Of a DNA stretch of 64,000 nucleotides, positions 40,101-52,729 are shown one piece after another. The notes below the pieces were generated by a model. That model saw only the letters and a program-made list of their open reading frames with translations. It was not told where the DNA came from and did no database searches. Each line of letters begins with the position of its first letter. The stretch's first letter is position 1. A program made the translations under genes and the position numbers. The stretch comes from Styela clava (taxonomy: Eukaryota): assembly GCF_964204865.1 (NCBI RefSeq), contig NC_135250.1:4774001-4838000 (forward strand). The letters are read 5' to 3'.

Positions 40101-40934
40101 CTCTTCAGTCGAGCTGGACTTGTCACACAACTTATTATTATCGCAATTTAAGATTTGGAGAACACTTTGGATGCATGTTTTGTAAGGTTTTTGTTAGTTT
40201 TTCGCGGGTTTTGCAATGTTTTTGGTGTTTTTTCACATTTTTATCTAGGTTTTTGGTAATTTTCCACGTTTTTGCAATGTCAAAAACAGTGGTGGCTTGA
40301 TAGTATTTTTTCCGCGTGTTTTTGATCGTTTTATTTTCCTGTTTTTGTAATTTGTTTTGATTATTGCATTAAGTGAGGATTGCCCCCGAACGCGAGGACA
40401 AGCAGACACTGTCTGCCATGTTTTCGTCGGTGACAATCAAGTTTTGTGTTTCGTGTGAAAAGTTCGAGTTCTATTTATCCACTTTATGTTGCAATATTGC
40501 TGTTTTGATTAATTAAGAATAAAGCCGCAGTCGAACCGCGGATCTTCTAATTTTACCTTAGTAGATGTTTTGGTAAGGTAAAGCTGCGACAGTGGAATTT
40601 AGTTGGTTAGCGCGAATCTTGTCATTTCGTGATATTCAGCTGTTCTGTTTTTTGTTTGTCTTGGTTCGGCACAGTATTATGTAATACACAAACCTGTTGC
40701 TATAGCGTGTTTGATACAAAGAGGATCTGCTCTTCAACTTTGAATCCATGAAAGGTTGCACCAGTGGTTCCCAATCTTTGTTGTTAACTTCCTTCCTACG
40801 CCTATTGTGGAACTCCTTATTCCTTCCTCCCTATAATCTTTAATGAGTCCCTAGTGGTTGCGTAAGTCGTACTCCTGTTTTTGTATAGTTTATATATATA
40901 TCCTAGTTTGTTATGGGATTATGAATAAGTATTA

Positions 40935-41140
40935 CAGGGTGTTAAAAAAATAACGCAAAATTAACAGAAGTTGAGATGAATTGTTACTCAAAACATTCAA
41001 CGACTGACACCTATCAACAGTATTAAATTACAGTAAAATGCCATTTAACATGTCATGACTAAGGCTTTTAACAGTTACTTTTTTAAAGTTGCCATGACAA
41101 AAAATATTACCTTAATTTTGCTAACTTTTTTAACACCCTG
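40935..41140. mobile_element. Tc1/mariner-type MITE (TA TSD)
   Basis: ta|cagggtgttaaaaaa ... ttttttaacaccctg|ta. A related cagggtgtcc-ended family has fragments at ~9125-9312, 14737-14915, 24498-24697 and 29038-29243. Confidence 0.78.
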
Positions 41141-42760
41141 TATATAATATTAATGACAAAAAACTAAAGAGTACTAGTAATTAATACTACTGCGAAGTGC
41201 GAACCAAATGAGAACTTCTTCCCAGTTGGGAAATGGGTTTGGACCCTGCCGATGATTGAATTTGATGGCACTAATTATAACGTGAACAAACCGTTGATTA
41301 GGGAAACTACATTTCTGTATGCAAATTGAAATCTAATCGTTATTACAACTTCGCTTCAAGTCGAAAATAGCCATTATGCTTCTTTGTGTTTGGCTGTCTC
41401 CCCCATGTCCCACATTAAGATTTCTTCGCAATTATGCCTATAGGCGGTGCAGACAGAAAGGCATTGTCATCTTACTCGTTACATTTGCTCCGTTTGATAT
41501 TACAAAGACGTATGTATAGATTGTTACCTGATTGACAAAGTGCTATTCAGTTTTTATTATGCAATTCATTGAGGAAGGATTGGGAGTTAGTCTCTCGCTA
41601 CCTCTACTGATAGTTAATTCAGTTTTTAGTGGCATATTAGAAAAAGAAACATCAATTTTCGAAGTTAAGAAATGTCGGGAGCGGTTTCTAATACTGTGGA
41701 GGCTTATATCATACCTAACATTAATTATTGGCATTTCATAACTCATCATCTATACTGTGAGTAGTATCAGTCTGTTTTGAATTTTGTGAAATATTCTTTT
41801 GATGTATATATGAAAGGTTTAGTGTTTAAATGTCTGTGAAATATTCTTTTGATGTATATATATATGAAAGGTTTAGTGTTTAAATGTCTGTACCAATTGT
41901 GTGATATTTTAGTTCAGCCTCGAGAATACGAGTATAGTAAGACCTAGAATGCCGAAGCTAATATATGTCTGTGTTTATCGATTTATCGTAGCAATGACAA
42001 TGCTCATATAGAATCTGATTAGAGAGTATGTCATTGTGTTTTATTCTTAATTCTATGTCAGGGATGTGCAACCTTTAATACAGGACGACCGGATACAGAT
42101 AACTGGGTAAAACCGCGGACCGCACTTTAATTTAACAGAGGCTTTCGAGTAGTTGCAGGCACAAAAATTTGGGTCATTGATCTAATGACTTCGCTTCACA
42201 CAAGGTAGCTGTTAGGCCTAGGGCACTGTAACGTCATATGCATAGCTGATAAATCGGACTCAGCTATAGACTTTGCAACGCAAAAGGATTGGAATTACTA
42301 GCATGTACCAGATTAAACTAAATTAAAAACTCGTTTGGGCACATTTAATGCACGTTAATTTCTAGTAATAACCCCTAACAATTGATATTGATTGGCTAAT
42401 TTGCAAAATTCATATGGTATTCACCATTAATATCAGTAATTTTGAAACTCTCCTCCCAATCTGTCGAACTAGGTGTTATTAACCGTGGTCGCTGCTCGAT
42501 AACCAGTTTGGTTCTCCGCAGCTTCCCTTCTTCAGTAATGTTAATATGATTTTTTTCTTTTAATTTTGCATGTTTTTTGTCCTTTACTGGTTGGAAGAAA
42601 TAAACTTGACTTGACTTTCGCGGGCCGCCCACCATTCAAAATTGGCATTAATATCATATATATTATTGTTTTCTGATGAAATCCTTCCCTTCGATTACTG
42701 TTATTATATTTCAAGTCATTTATCACTTAATTTTTCAGTCTAGACTTGTAATCATTAAAG

Positions 42761-45700
42761 ATGCTGTCAATATACGCCAATGTTGCAACTGTTTCTTTAT
42801 GTTTTGCGTGGTTCCAATTTATTGGAAAGTCCTTGTCAATTCGACTATGCAAAAAATATATTCCATTGCACCTCGAACGATTATCTGATGAAGACAAAAA
42901 GACTTTAGCCAACAAGTTTGTCCTTAATTAATTACTTGATTAAAAATTTGTTGGGATTGAGATTAAATATAGATGGGCGCGAGGCTGATTGTTTCACAAA
43001 TTTGCCTTTTTTAACATTGCAAATATTGTTCATAAAATGTAAATCATTATGTCATACTTACATGGGCCCCCCAGTCTAGGTGGGCAAATTTTTGGCCCCT
43101 AATCAGAGGACCTTGCCCACCACTGCTCTGACATATAGTTTTTATTTTACTTGGGGCTATTTCTCGATTTTGAGTTGATGGAATGGTGTGTGTCTTTGGT
43201 GATGTAACCTCACCTTTGGGGATCGGCCAAAAAGCTATCGCACTGTTACTATTTTCACGCTATTTATAAGATTTTAATTTCATTTTTTTTGATCTAATAG
43301 ATTACTTTGTTGTGTATTTTTAGAATGATGTCTTCATTTAACTCAATCTTTGTGTTTTTCAACGTGTCGGCTATTCTTGTTCTAAATTGGCAACGTATAC
43401 GCAGTGACCCATATTGGTGAGCAAAGTTCTAGTTTGTTTGAATTTTTTTTGGCAACTGGAACAAAAATGTAAAGGGTTCGAGTCGCAATCTGAATACAGT
43501 CTCGAAAAATCAGAATCTTGACATAGGCCGAAAAGTTGTGCAAAGAGTATTTATCTGTAACGCTTAGAATCAACCGGGGTAACCTAATTTTCCGTGGTAG
43601 TAATATTCATTTAGTGCATAGAATTGTGTAGCGCGTACGATAATTTGGTCGCATTTTGACTCCAAAACATAGCATGCAAGCCCGAATAGTCTATTTCCAA
43701 CCTTTTGGCAAAATAAATCAAACTTTTTCAAAAATTTCATTATATATTATTCAAGTAATTCGACAAGGTTTTGGAAGTGAGCAAACGTCATTTAAAATTA
43801 TTTCGAACCCAAGTTCCGGCCCGAACATTTTTGATGACACATCGCCTGTTAATTTGCGTCAACCGTGCACTTTCCCCGAATCACTTTTGAGACCATTCTA
43901 TGACACCAATTTCGTGACAGGGATCGAACGATAAGTTGACGCATAACATAATGTTGTAAACTTGTCACCTTTTCCTGAAAAACAAATAGAGCCATTAGCG
44001 AGGTTTCATTTTGGGGACTCCCGTAGTGTATGTACCAGACTAGGGTTAGACCATAATTTAATTTGATTTATCTTATTTTAATTCCATTACGAGTTCGAGG
44101 ACTCTTTGTGTTAGCCAAGTGAATATACCCGCTGCCCATGAGTTTCAGTCCCTTCACACACCTTTTGTAAAGTAGGCAAACCAAATTAGTTACTTCATAT
44201 TGGTACAAACATTTCTGGGCTCAAATATATATATAGACAAGAATGTGGTACCGGAATATGAACGTACGCTATTTTAAAGGCACTAACACAACACAATATG
44301 GTGGCGATTTAGAGTAGTTCTATGTGTTTTATTTAAGCATTTTGTTTTACAGGGCTGACACTTTTGTCCGCGAACCGTACTGCTGCATCAGTTTAGCCTA
44401 TTTTTTATCAGGTATTATTTATCGTGTGTATACTTATATTGTTATTATATATATCACACGATCATATATATCTTATCATATCATTAATTGTAGATCGAGT
44501 ATTTTGAAACGCCTGCAACATTTGATTTTCAAACTTTATTTCTTGAATTGCCAAGCACAGTATGCCGGCAATGACAAACCTGTATAAATACGACTATGTA
44601 TTTCAATTAAACTCTATAAAGATAATGAGGGTTTGCTCCGGAGTGATTTTGAAGTAAGTGGACTGCGGTAGCAGAAAAGAATTGAATCCAGATTAGTTTT
44701 TGTGACTTTCTTCAAAAATCAACAGCCCGGGTTCGCAAACCCGGTTTCTAATTTGCATTGCTTGCTATATATATACCAACAAATACTAAATTATCTTTTA
44801 CCATTCCATTTACCCTACAACTAGTAGGAGAATTTTCAAAGTTAGTTTTATACGCATGCGTGTGAGTTACCGACATGTATTATCTCTGTATGATTACATT
44901 TTTGAATACCGATTACAGAGAGTTCCCGAAGTATGTGTGCCAGTTTAGGGTTATCAGGTTGTGCGCCATCTTTGTGCCAATACTTGAGGAGCGCCGATTA
45001 CAGAATTATCTTTTTTTGTCACGAGGTGAGACTGCCGTATTACCTCTGTCTTTATGTTCGAAACCTAATCTAAAGTTCAGCATCTCTTTTGGCAACTTTT
45101 CTGAATTTCCTTCCCGTGTGTTGCACATTTTTTCTGGTACAATGGCGGAATTCAAAATAGATTGGCTTATCTTAATTTCACAGACATGATCAACGATTTG
45201 CGAGGGAAACGAAATTTCAATACCATTTTTTATGTCCTTCATCATTCCATGTGTCTGTCAACTATTTCAATAGTCATAGTAAGTGCCTCTAGGTCTATTT
45301 CGGGCGCTCCAGAAGTGTGTGTACCAATATGGAGGTAACTAGTTTGGTTCGCCTACTTTACATTAAGTTGTGCAAAGGGACTGAAACCTATGGGCAGGGG
45401 ATATATTTGCTTGGCTAGCACAGACAGTCTCTGAACTCGTAATAGAACCAAAATGAGAAAAATTGGAATAAAATTGAATTCTAACCCCATTCTGGTACAC
45501 ATACTACGGGAGTACCCAATTTCGCTCATCTATCAGAGAAAAAATTCTCAAAAAAGGGTTGCTTACTAAATTCTCAAATAAGGTTTGCTTACTGACTTAA
45601 ATGTGCATTCCGAACTGTATTCAATGCCAAACGTTAAATTTCGCTTTTTCGTAAAGATAAAAATTATTAAAAAAACAAACAAACTTATTCGAACCATTAT

Positions 45701-47579
45701 TTTGGATACTCCGTGGTGTGTGTTATACCAGGTTAGGGTTGGGCCATAATTTTATTCGGATTTCCCATATTTTAGTTCTATTAACAGTTCGGGATGTCCG
45801 TGTTATACCACATGAATATACCATAGGTTTAGGCCATTTACACAACTTGATGTGAAATGGGCGAACAAAATTAGTTACCTCCATATTGGTACACATACTT
45901 CTGAAGCGCAGATTTTTTGTATAAATAAACTTGGATTGATGACCAAGGGAAATGTGGCATTTATCTTCTGTCTTTATTCCTCTCTTTCTGTAATTTGTAC
46001 TTTTTCGCATAACTTGACTACAATTTTGCATTTAAAGCTTTTACTGCAACCATCAACTTACACTTCTATAATTACAGTACTACAGAGTCTTCATTTTCCA
46101 CGTATGTATGAGAGGATTGAATGAAATGTCTACGCCTGTCCTGAATCTTAGGTGAGATAAATAATTACGCCCGAAATGCTAGTTTAGCACCAACGAACGT
46201 ATATATGTCACATAGCGTTGAAAAAGCCTTGCTCTTCAAATATAAAACCTAGACTGAATTTTAAAAATGATTCCAATATAAGCCCTACCCTTAAAATAAC
46301 ACTTAGTCAATACCGCAAATTTTTTTTTCGGTAACGCGAATTTTTTCTAAAGAAAATCGTGTTATTTATAAGCAAATGGATATTAGTTTTCATACTTTGT
46401 ATATTTGAATATCTCGTAATTCTCTACTTTGTAATATTGTTTTTGGTAGATGAAAATAAAAGTCATCCACCAAAAATAACTCCTAGTGTTTTTTTTTTCC
46501 AAAGAAAATTGAAATAAGACCCCGTCCTTTTTTCGGGGAAACGCGGTATGTTAGTCAGTTACTCGGGCATTGTCAGATGTTATCTGAAAATGTGTAAGGT
46601 ATTCTCGTAATCAGTCGTCTGTAATTCTTTCACGCTGGCCAGCGTTATGGTGTAACGTTCATTACAAGCAATTGCTCAACGTCCGGATATTTGACCACGG
46701 AACAACTGCTAGCATGAAATCGTATCATACATTTTTGCCTTTTCTTAGGTGGGCTTTGAAAAAGTTCGGCATGGAAAATGAAAGAATTTATGCTATGACG
46801 GAAATTGCGTTTGTTGTGACATACTTCTTGGGTCGTATTGTTACTATGCCAGTATTTTACTATACTATACTTATAACGAAAGATACTGAGGGATATAAGA
46901 GGTGAAGAAATTTTATTTTTATCAGGCTTTAAAAACATGAGATGGGTGACAAATGAAACAATTCTTACATTTAATCAGAGTGATTATTGCATAGAAGGGC
47001 GCTCCAGAAGTGGGTGTACCAATATGGAGGTAACCTATTTTGTTCGCCTACTTTACAAAAGGTGTGTGAAGGGACTGAAACTCATGGGCATGGGTTATAT
47101 TCACTTGGCTAACACAGACAGTACCCGGACTCGTAATAGAACTAAAATAAGGAAAATCTGAATAAAATTATGGCCTAACCTCAACCTGATACACACACTG
47201 TGGGAGTACCTATAAAAGTGTATTGCTCATGTGCTTCTTTGATCGAATATTTTTCTAATACTGTTTTATTTCGCCATCATTTTGTCAGATAGTGATGTCT
47301 ACTTTCAAAATTATCTAGTAAAATGATACAATTAGGGATAAACGAACATGCCATGTTCATCAAAGTTTGGTGATATTTGTCGATTTTTACACATTCACTT
47401 CACTTTTACCAATTTGAAAATATTCTAATTGCAGGCTAAATACACTATGCAAAGTGATATTCTTTGGATCAGCAGTTGTTATAGACACACTAATCATATA
47501 CTGGTTCCTTCTGATCTGCAAAATGGTATTTACCAATGTCAAAGAACGTACTCAGCAGATAAAAGGAAAAGAAGAATAG
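42761..47579 (+). CDS. tlcd4: TLCD4/TMEM56-like paralog 2 (257 aa, 7 exons)
   Basis: Exons 42761-42915, 43324-43416, 44353-44411, 45184-45278, 46078-46151, 46749-46901, 47435-47579; 774 nt, open frame, GT-AG. Internal exon sizes 59/95/74/153 match paralog 1. Motifs LAYFLSD, YVLHH, RGLNEMSTPVLNLRW, TYFLGRI, IDTLIIYWF. Confidence 0.92.
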
Positions 47580-48337
47580 CAATGCGATTTTGAATGATTT
47601 TTAAATTGGATTCAATAATTATTTTGGAAATTAAAATATATTTATCTTAAAATCAACAATGTCATATCGAAGCAGGATTGTATTTTTGAGCAAAAGCCAT
47701 AAGAGTTTAGTCTGTATGCTGCATTTAGCTTCGCTGATTTCTGGCAACTTTACTCTAGATAAAAGCAGAGTTGTTCTGTGTTACGTACCACTAGTCAATA
47801 TTTGTACTCAAGGAGGTAGGATTGAAAAGGGAGGCTGTTCGCTTGTATACATTCTAAATAAAATTAACGAATCATTGAAAATTAGCTTCTGTGGTTACAA
47901 ACGTCCCAGTGTAACATAGTGCCAACATAATATACATTCATCCGCAACACTTGGTTTTTTAATCCCACGCGTGCGGTGTAGATAGATAAATTAAAAATGA
48001 AGAGTTCTGGAGAGCGAGCAAAATCTTTAAAAAGCTTAAAACATGAGAAATATCACGTGCCCGCCCACCAGCACACAAACAAGAAAAATACAAAGAAACA
48101 CCAACCAAGTTAAACGAGGCTTGGGACAGAAATAAACAAACATTAAGATACGCGAATGTAATTTTCGGACTGTTAGACTTTTGAAACACTCAAGCTAATA
48201 CAGTAATAATGACTAGTTTAATCTGATACAGTATATCTGTATATACCTTAATATAAATGTCTTGAAAAGATAGAACTATAAATTCAATTTTCAATCTTCT
48301 CGAAACTTACGCTGATACAGCAATATACAGATATATG

Positions 48338-48517
48338 CAATGGTGGATTTAGCAGGCGGTTCGCACCGGTTCTATAGAACCGTCTTACGGAATTTTATGA
48401 GATCAGCTAACTGGTTAGCATTACTGGTTACTGTCAATGACTTTCTGTAACAGAACCGGGTGAACATATGACTTTTGTGATGGAACCGGCAGACAAAAAA
48501 ATTGAATCCCACCACTG
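48338..48517. mobile_element. hAT-type MITE (same family as 37019-37186), present only in the left arm
   Basis: Exact TSD gatatatg (48330-48337, 48518-48525). The right arm shows the empty site near 51932-51940. Confidence 0.9.
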
Positions 48518-48897
48518 GATATATGTTGTTAATGTACAAACAGATAACGGCGAATGGTTGATCTAACAACATCGTTGTAGAAGCTTCATCCCAATACCAT
48601 GTTGACGTTTTTGGAACATTGAACAGTCCTATGGAATCAGTTACAAATATCGTGTTTTCTGCATAGAAAAAAGTTTGCTCTCGATGTTTTTCCGATCTTT
48701 AAATTCAATCAATCAATCAACCAATCAATTTTATTTTAGTCACTCTGAAAGAAACAAAACAACAACAAACGGACAAACAAAATGCAGAGGACCTGGAGGA
48801 CGGGCATAACTTAATAAAAAGTTAAAAACGTACAAGTACGTGCCCACGCACCAAAAACAGTCAAAAAAACATTCAAAAGATGTTCCCTATAGTGACA

Positions 48898-49045
48898 ATA
48901 GACCACACTAATGACAAGCTGATTGAATATTTCGATCCAAACCATAATTTTATGTATGTGGACGATCATTGCGCGATCTGCAAATCTCGAGAATACTTTT
49001 AGAACTAGTAAACTATAGAAAACATTTTTTGAAGATTGGAAAAAC
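48898..49045 (+). pseudogene. Short decayed non-LTR retrotransposon reverse-transcriptase fragment
   Basis: Reads IDHTNDKLIEYFDPNHNFMYVDDHCAICKSREYF*N**TIENIF, resembling the IYTND...FIYADDLCI catalytic region of LINE RTs. Short and degraded. Confidence 0.5.
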
Positions 49046-49055
49046 GATGAGAGCA

Positions 49056-49376
49056 GGATAGGATAGGATTTGTGTATTTAGTCCAGGGGAGAGGAAAGCC
49101 GATAAGATGGCTTAATCATATGGGGAACCACTGCCTCTCGTCCAGTTACAAGTCCATGTCGGGTATAGGATTAGTTAGTCAGTTATTTGTTTTCAGAGTC
49201 ACGGAAATGATTGTGGATGAAGCCATAACCGACCAGCGGTTACGTGAACCACCCTACGACGTCGAAGAGACCACTTAACCCCGCATGGGATTCGAACCTG
49301 CGTACCCATACAGGGTAATCAGCGGTGCGGGGTCGAGCGTATTCCTAACGCTTAGCACGATGCGCCACCACCGCCG
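49056..49376 (-). mobile_element. tRNA-derived SINE, apparently full length
   Basis: Minus strand begins ggcggtggtggcgcatcgtgctaag (A-box-like), contains ggttcgaatccc (B box), and ends in an (atcct)n tail. Related fragments at ~8502-8530, ~25060-25240 and ~36960-37240. Confidence 0.85.
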
Positions 49377-50064
49377 AGAAAACGCGATATCTGTAACCCA
49401 TTTCATAGGACTGTTCAATGTTCCAAAAACGTCAACATGGCTTTGCGCTGAAACCTCTACAACAGCGTTTCCCAACCTTTATTGATCGCGGACTATTTTC
49501 TCACCGGCGAAAACCTTTGCGGACTCAAGGTGAGTTTATTGCAACCGTACTCAGTGTGAAGAAGCAATAAAACCAAATACAACAGAATTTTGACGAATTT
49601 CAATATTGGCATTTTCTGTTGCACAATATTCAATCCATGACAACGACTAGAATTTAAAATGTCTTTCTATTTTAATTTAATTGTGTTCATAGTAACTCAC
49701 GGTTGCGTCGACTTACGACGGGATGAAAGCATTATCTCTTTAAAATGCCACGGCAACCTGTGAGCATGATAATGTGAGAATATATTGTCCGATTATATTT
49801 AGTTTTGATACGTATTTTTTGCGAGCTTGCGAATTTGTTGTCGCCCTTAGAAATACCCTACTATCTGCTATAAATTTCCAGATGGTACAACTTGATTTAG
49901 TACTTATTAAAAATATATTTAAAGTATATTAGTAAATCCAAAAATACATATTCATCGCCTTGCTTTATTATTAATTTAATTGTTATCATTTTAATGTGCG
50001 GTTGTGTTGACGAAATAAAAGCAATACTACTCCGAAAATATTATGACAATCCGTGGATTAGTAA

Positions 50065-50358
50065 ATGAAAAATACATACTCATCGCCTTTCTTCATTATT
50101 AATTTAATTGTGATCATTTTAATCTGCGGTTGTGTTGACGAAATAAAACCAATACTACTCAGAAAATATCATGACAATCCGTGGACACAAAAATGCGTGG
50201 TAAAGTGCCCAATTATTTTTGTGAATTCGACACCTACGCCGCTCCGCTACTGTACGTACCAATGTGGAGGCAGTGAAGCAAAGAATCCTAAGGAAAAATG
50301 CCCTGGTACGTTTACTACGGTAGCACGAGAAATTTTGAAATTTACCAGTAATCAGTAA
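50065..50358 (+). CDS. Hypothetical 97-aa protein with a hydrophobic N-terminus and Cys-rich body, inside the hAT element
   Basis: True ATG. Signal-like FFIINLIVIILICGC, then CVVKC...CTYQC...C. No family recognised; coding status is unproven. Confidence 0.3.
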   Translation: MKNTYSSPFFIINLIVIILICGCVDEIKPILLRKYHDNPWTQKCVVKCPIIFVNSTPTPLRYCTYQCGGSEAKNPKEKCPGTFTTVAREILKFTSNQ

Positions 50359-51002
50359 TTTATTTTTGCACATACCGAAAATAGGAAAGTATACAAACAG
50401 TAAGGTAAAACATAAAATAATGAATTTCAGTGTGAAGGGAGACGCGATAAACCAGTCTTGGTTATCGAGCAGCGTCACCTTTGAGGGAGTCTAACATAGA
50501 ATCACAAAAAAAAGGGAAGCTGAATAATATTTAATAACAGAAATCGGCCTTTTAGGTACGTTTAAGCGACCTGGTGTTTCCAGCATCGCTCATAGTGATT
50601 CTAGAGAACAACTCCGGGCACCACGGGCGGGGTAACCGCAGTAGACTGAATGCAAAGTGACTATAAACCTTTGATGGAATGACAGACGGGAGATTGCTAG
50701 TTTTTGTGTGCCTATCACGTTTGAGTAGCCTTTCACAGGAAATATGAAAAAAATAGAAACCACTCAAATTGTGAGAGGTTTACGAAGTATACTCAGGGTA
50801 TCATGGTATCCTGCATTGGCATGGTGCCATGGAGACAGTGATAAAGTAACAAACAAGGAGAAGCAGTTAATGAGAGATAAAAAAAATTCTAGTAGGTTAA
50901 CTAAGAGGTCATTTGTCCCAAAGTATGTGATATTTAGTACAACAGCATGTGGATCATGAAATGCTGGGCACTTTTATTGTAAAAACATAAAAAATAGTAT
51001 AT

Positions 51003-51369
51003 CGCCGGATGAGAACAGAAGGGGCCTAAGTCACATTTTTGCAAAATTCACTTTTTTCAATATTTTGGGGATTTGAGCCATGCTCTACAAGGTGGTAGTC
51101 TTGAAATCCTGAATTTCTCAATAATAAAAATTTTAGCTGGACTTAGGACTGTAGAAGTTAAGAACAGAATGGGCCTAAGGAATTGAAGCTGAAGTGCCAA
51201 TAAATGTTGATTACAAAGATATTCATATCCACATTGAAATAACCAGAGCTCAGGTCTTTACTGAGTGTGAATATCTAGAAATTCAAAAATAAAAAAATTC
51301 CGAATTGTTTTTTGCGTTTTTCTCAAAACTCAAAATTGTGACTTAGGCCTGTTCTGTTCTCATCCGGCG
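51003..51369. mobile_element. 367-bp MITE with ~40-bp TIRs and ATAT flanks, nested in the hAT element
   Basis: atat|cgccggatgagaacagaaggggcctaagtcaca ... tgtgacttaggcctgttctgttctcatccggcg|atat. Superfamily uncertain; a 4-bp AT-rich TSD would fit Sola. Confidence 0.85.
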
Positions 51370-52729
51370 ATATATACTATGATAATAGCTGCTGAGCTGC
51401 AGCATTTATCTGTTTTTATATTATGAAATCAATAAAAAAGGCTGCGGAATCATAGGGAAACTGGTAATATACTTAACTGTGCCATGTCTAAAAAAGCGTT
51501 TTTAATCGGTCGCGGACCATCATAAAACAAAACTTATGTTGTTCTCCGTTTTATTTTTAGTATTGGCACTTAGGTATTATCCATCGACGAGTGATTAAGT
51601 AACCTGTCGCGTCACTCGTTACCAAATTTTTGAATAGTAAATTGCTATTCTAATATTTGAATATACGCCCAGCCCTACTCGCTAACAGTAATTATTGACT
51701 CGATTAATGTTATGCAAATAAACTTGCTTTTTATGTTTTATGTATATTCCAACGTAAATCGTAACTAAGCTGATATATAGATAGGTTTCACAAAAACGTT
51801 TGCGGTCCGCAGTGAATTTCTGGATCGTTGCGGACTCATTCAAACGCTCCGCGGACTCGGGTTGGGAAACACTGCTCTACAACGATGTCGCTGGATGAAT
51901 CATTCACCATTACCTGTTTGTACATTAACAACATATATCTGTATATTGCTGTATCAGTGTAAGTTTCAAGAAGAATAAAAATTAAATTTATACCCTTTCA
52001 AGACAATGAAGACATATATATACTTTTTACTTACAATTAAGGCATATACAGCTATACTGCATCAGACTAAACTAGTCATTATTACTGTATTAGCTTGAGT
52101 GTTTTAAAAGTATAACAGCCCGAAAGTTCAATACATTCGCGTATCTTATGTTTGTTTATTTCTGGCCCAAGCCTCGTTTAACTTGGTTGGTGTTTTTTTT
52201 TGTATTTTTCTTGTTTGTGTGCTGGTGAAATTTCACGTGATATTTCCAATGTTTTAAACTTTTTGAAGATTTTGCTCGCTCTCCAGAATTCTCCATTTTA
52301 AATTTGTGTGTTTCATGGAGTTTTCAAAATGAACTATCTATCTACATGACCGCAAGCTTGGGTTTAAAATATCAATTGTTGCTGGTGAATGTAAGCTAGT
52401 ATATTATGTTGGTACCATGTTACTCCGAGACGTTTGTAATCACGGGAGCCTATCTTCATGATTCGTGAATTATATTTAGAAGTATACAACCAAAGTGCCT
52501 CTCTTTTTAATCCTACCTTCTCGAGTATATTTATTTGCCTAGTGGTACGTGACACATAACAACTCTGCTTTTATCTAACAGTAAAGTTGCCAGAAATCAG
52601 CGAAACTAAACGCAGCATACAGATTAAACTCGTACGATTCTGGCCAAAATACAATTTTGCTCCAATATAGCATGACCTTGTTGATATTGAGATAACGTAA
52701 TTATTGAATCCAATTTAAAAATCGCATTG

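Larger units (their letters stand above)
41296..48660 (+). repeat. Left arm of a large diverged inverted duplication
   Basis: Collinear reverse-complement homology to 49377-58625 across exons, introns and flanks. Examples: 41545-41750 vs 58175-58390; 47940-48330 vs 51935-52365; 48596-48660 vs 49377-49440. Confidence 0.93.
49463..51874. mobile_element. 2.4-kb Charlie-type hAT element with no transposase, carrying a small ORF and a nested MITE
   Basis: TIRs cagcgtttcccaacc / ggttgggaaacactg. Exact TSD ctctacaa (49455-49462, 51875-51882). Subterminal gcggac repeats. Empty site in the left arm near 48574-48582. Confidence 0.93.

Noticed and set aside
41532-41749. ORFs shared by both palindrome arms (41532-41749 and 58011-58385) as an extra gene
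   Set aside because: The similarity follows from the duplication itself. The MQFIEEG frame has a stop in the right arm, the opposite-strand starts differ, and no domain is recognisable.
49270-49376. Possible tRNA gene
   Set aside because: It has A and B boxes, but I could not fold a cloverleaf. It continues into a repeated body with an (atcct)n tail, so it is a SINE.
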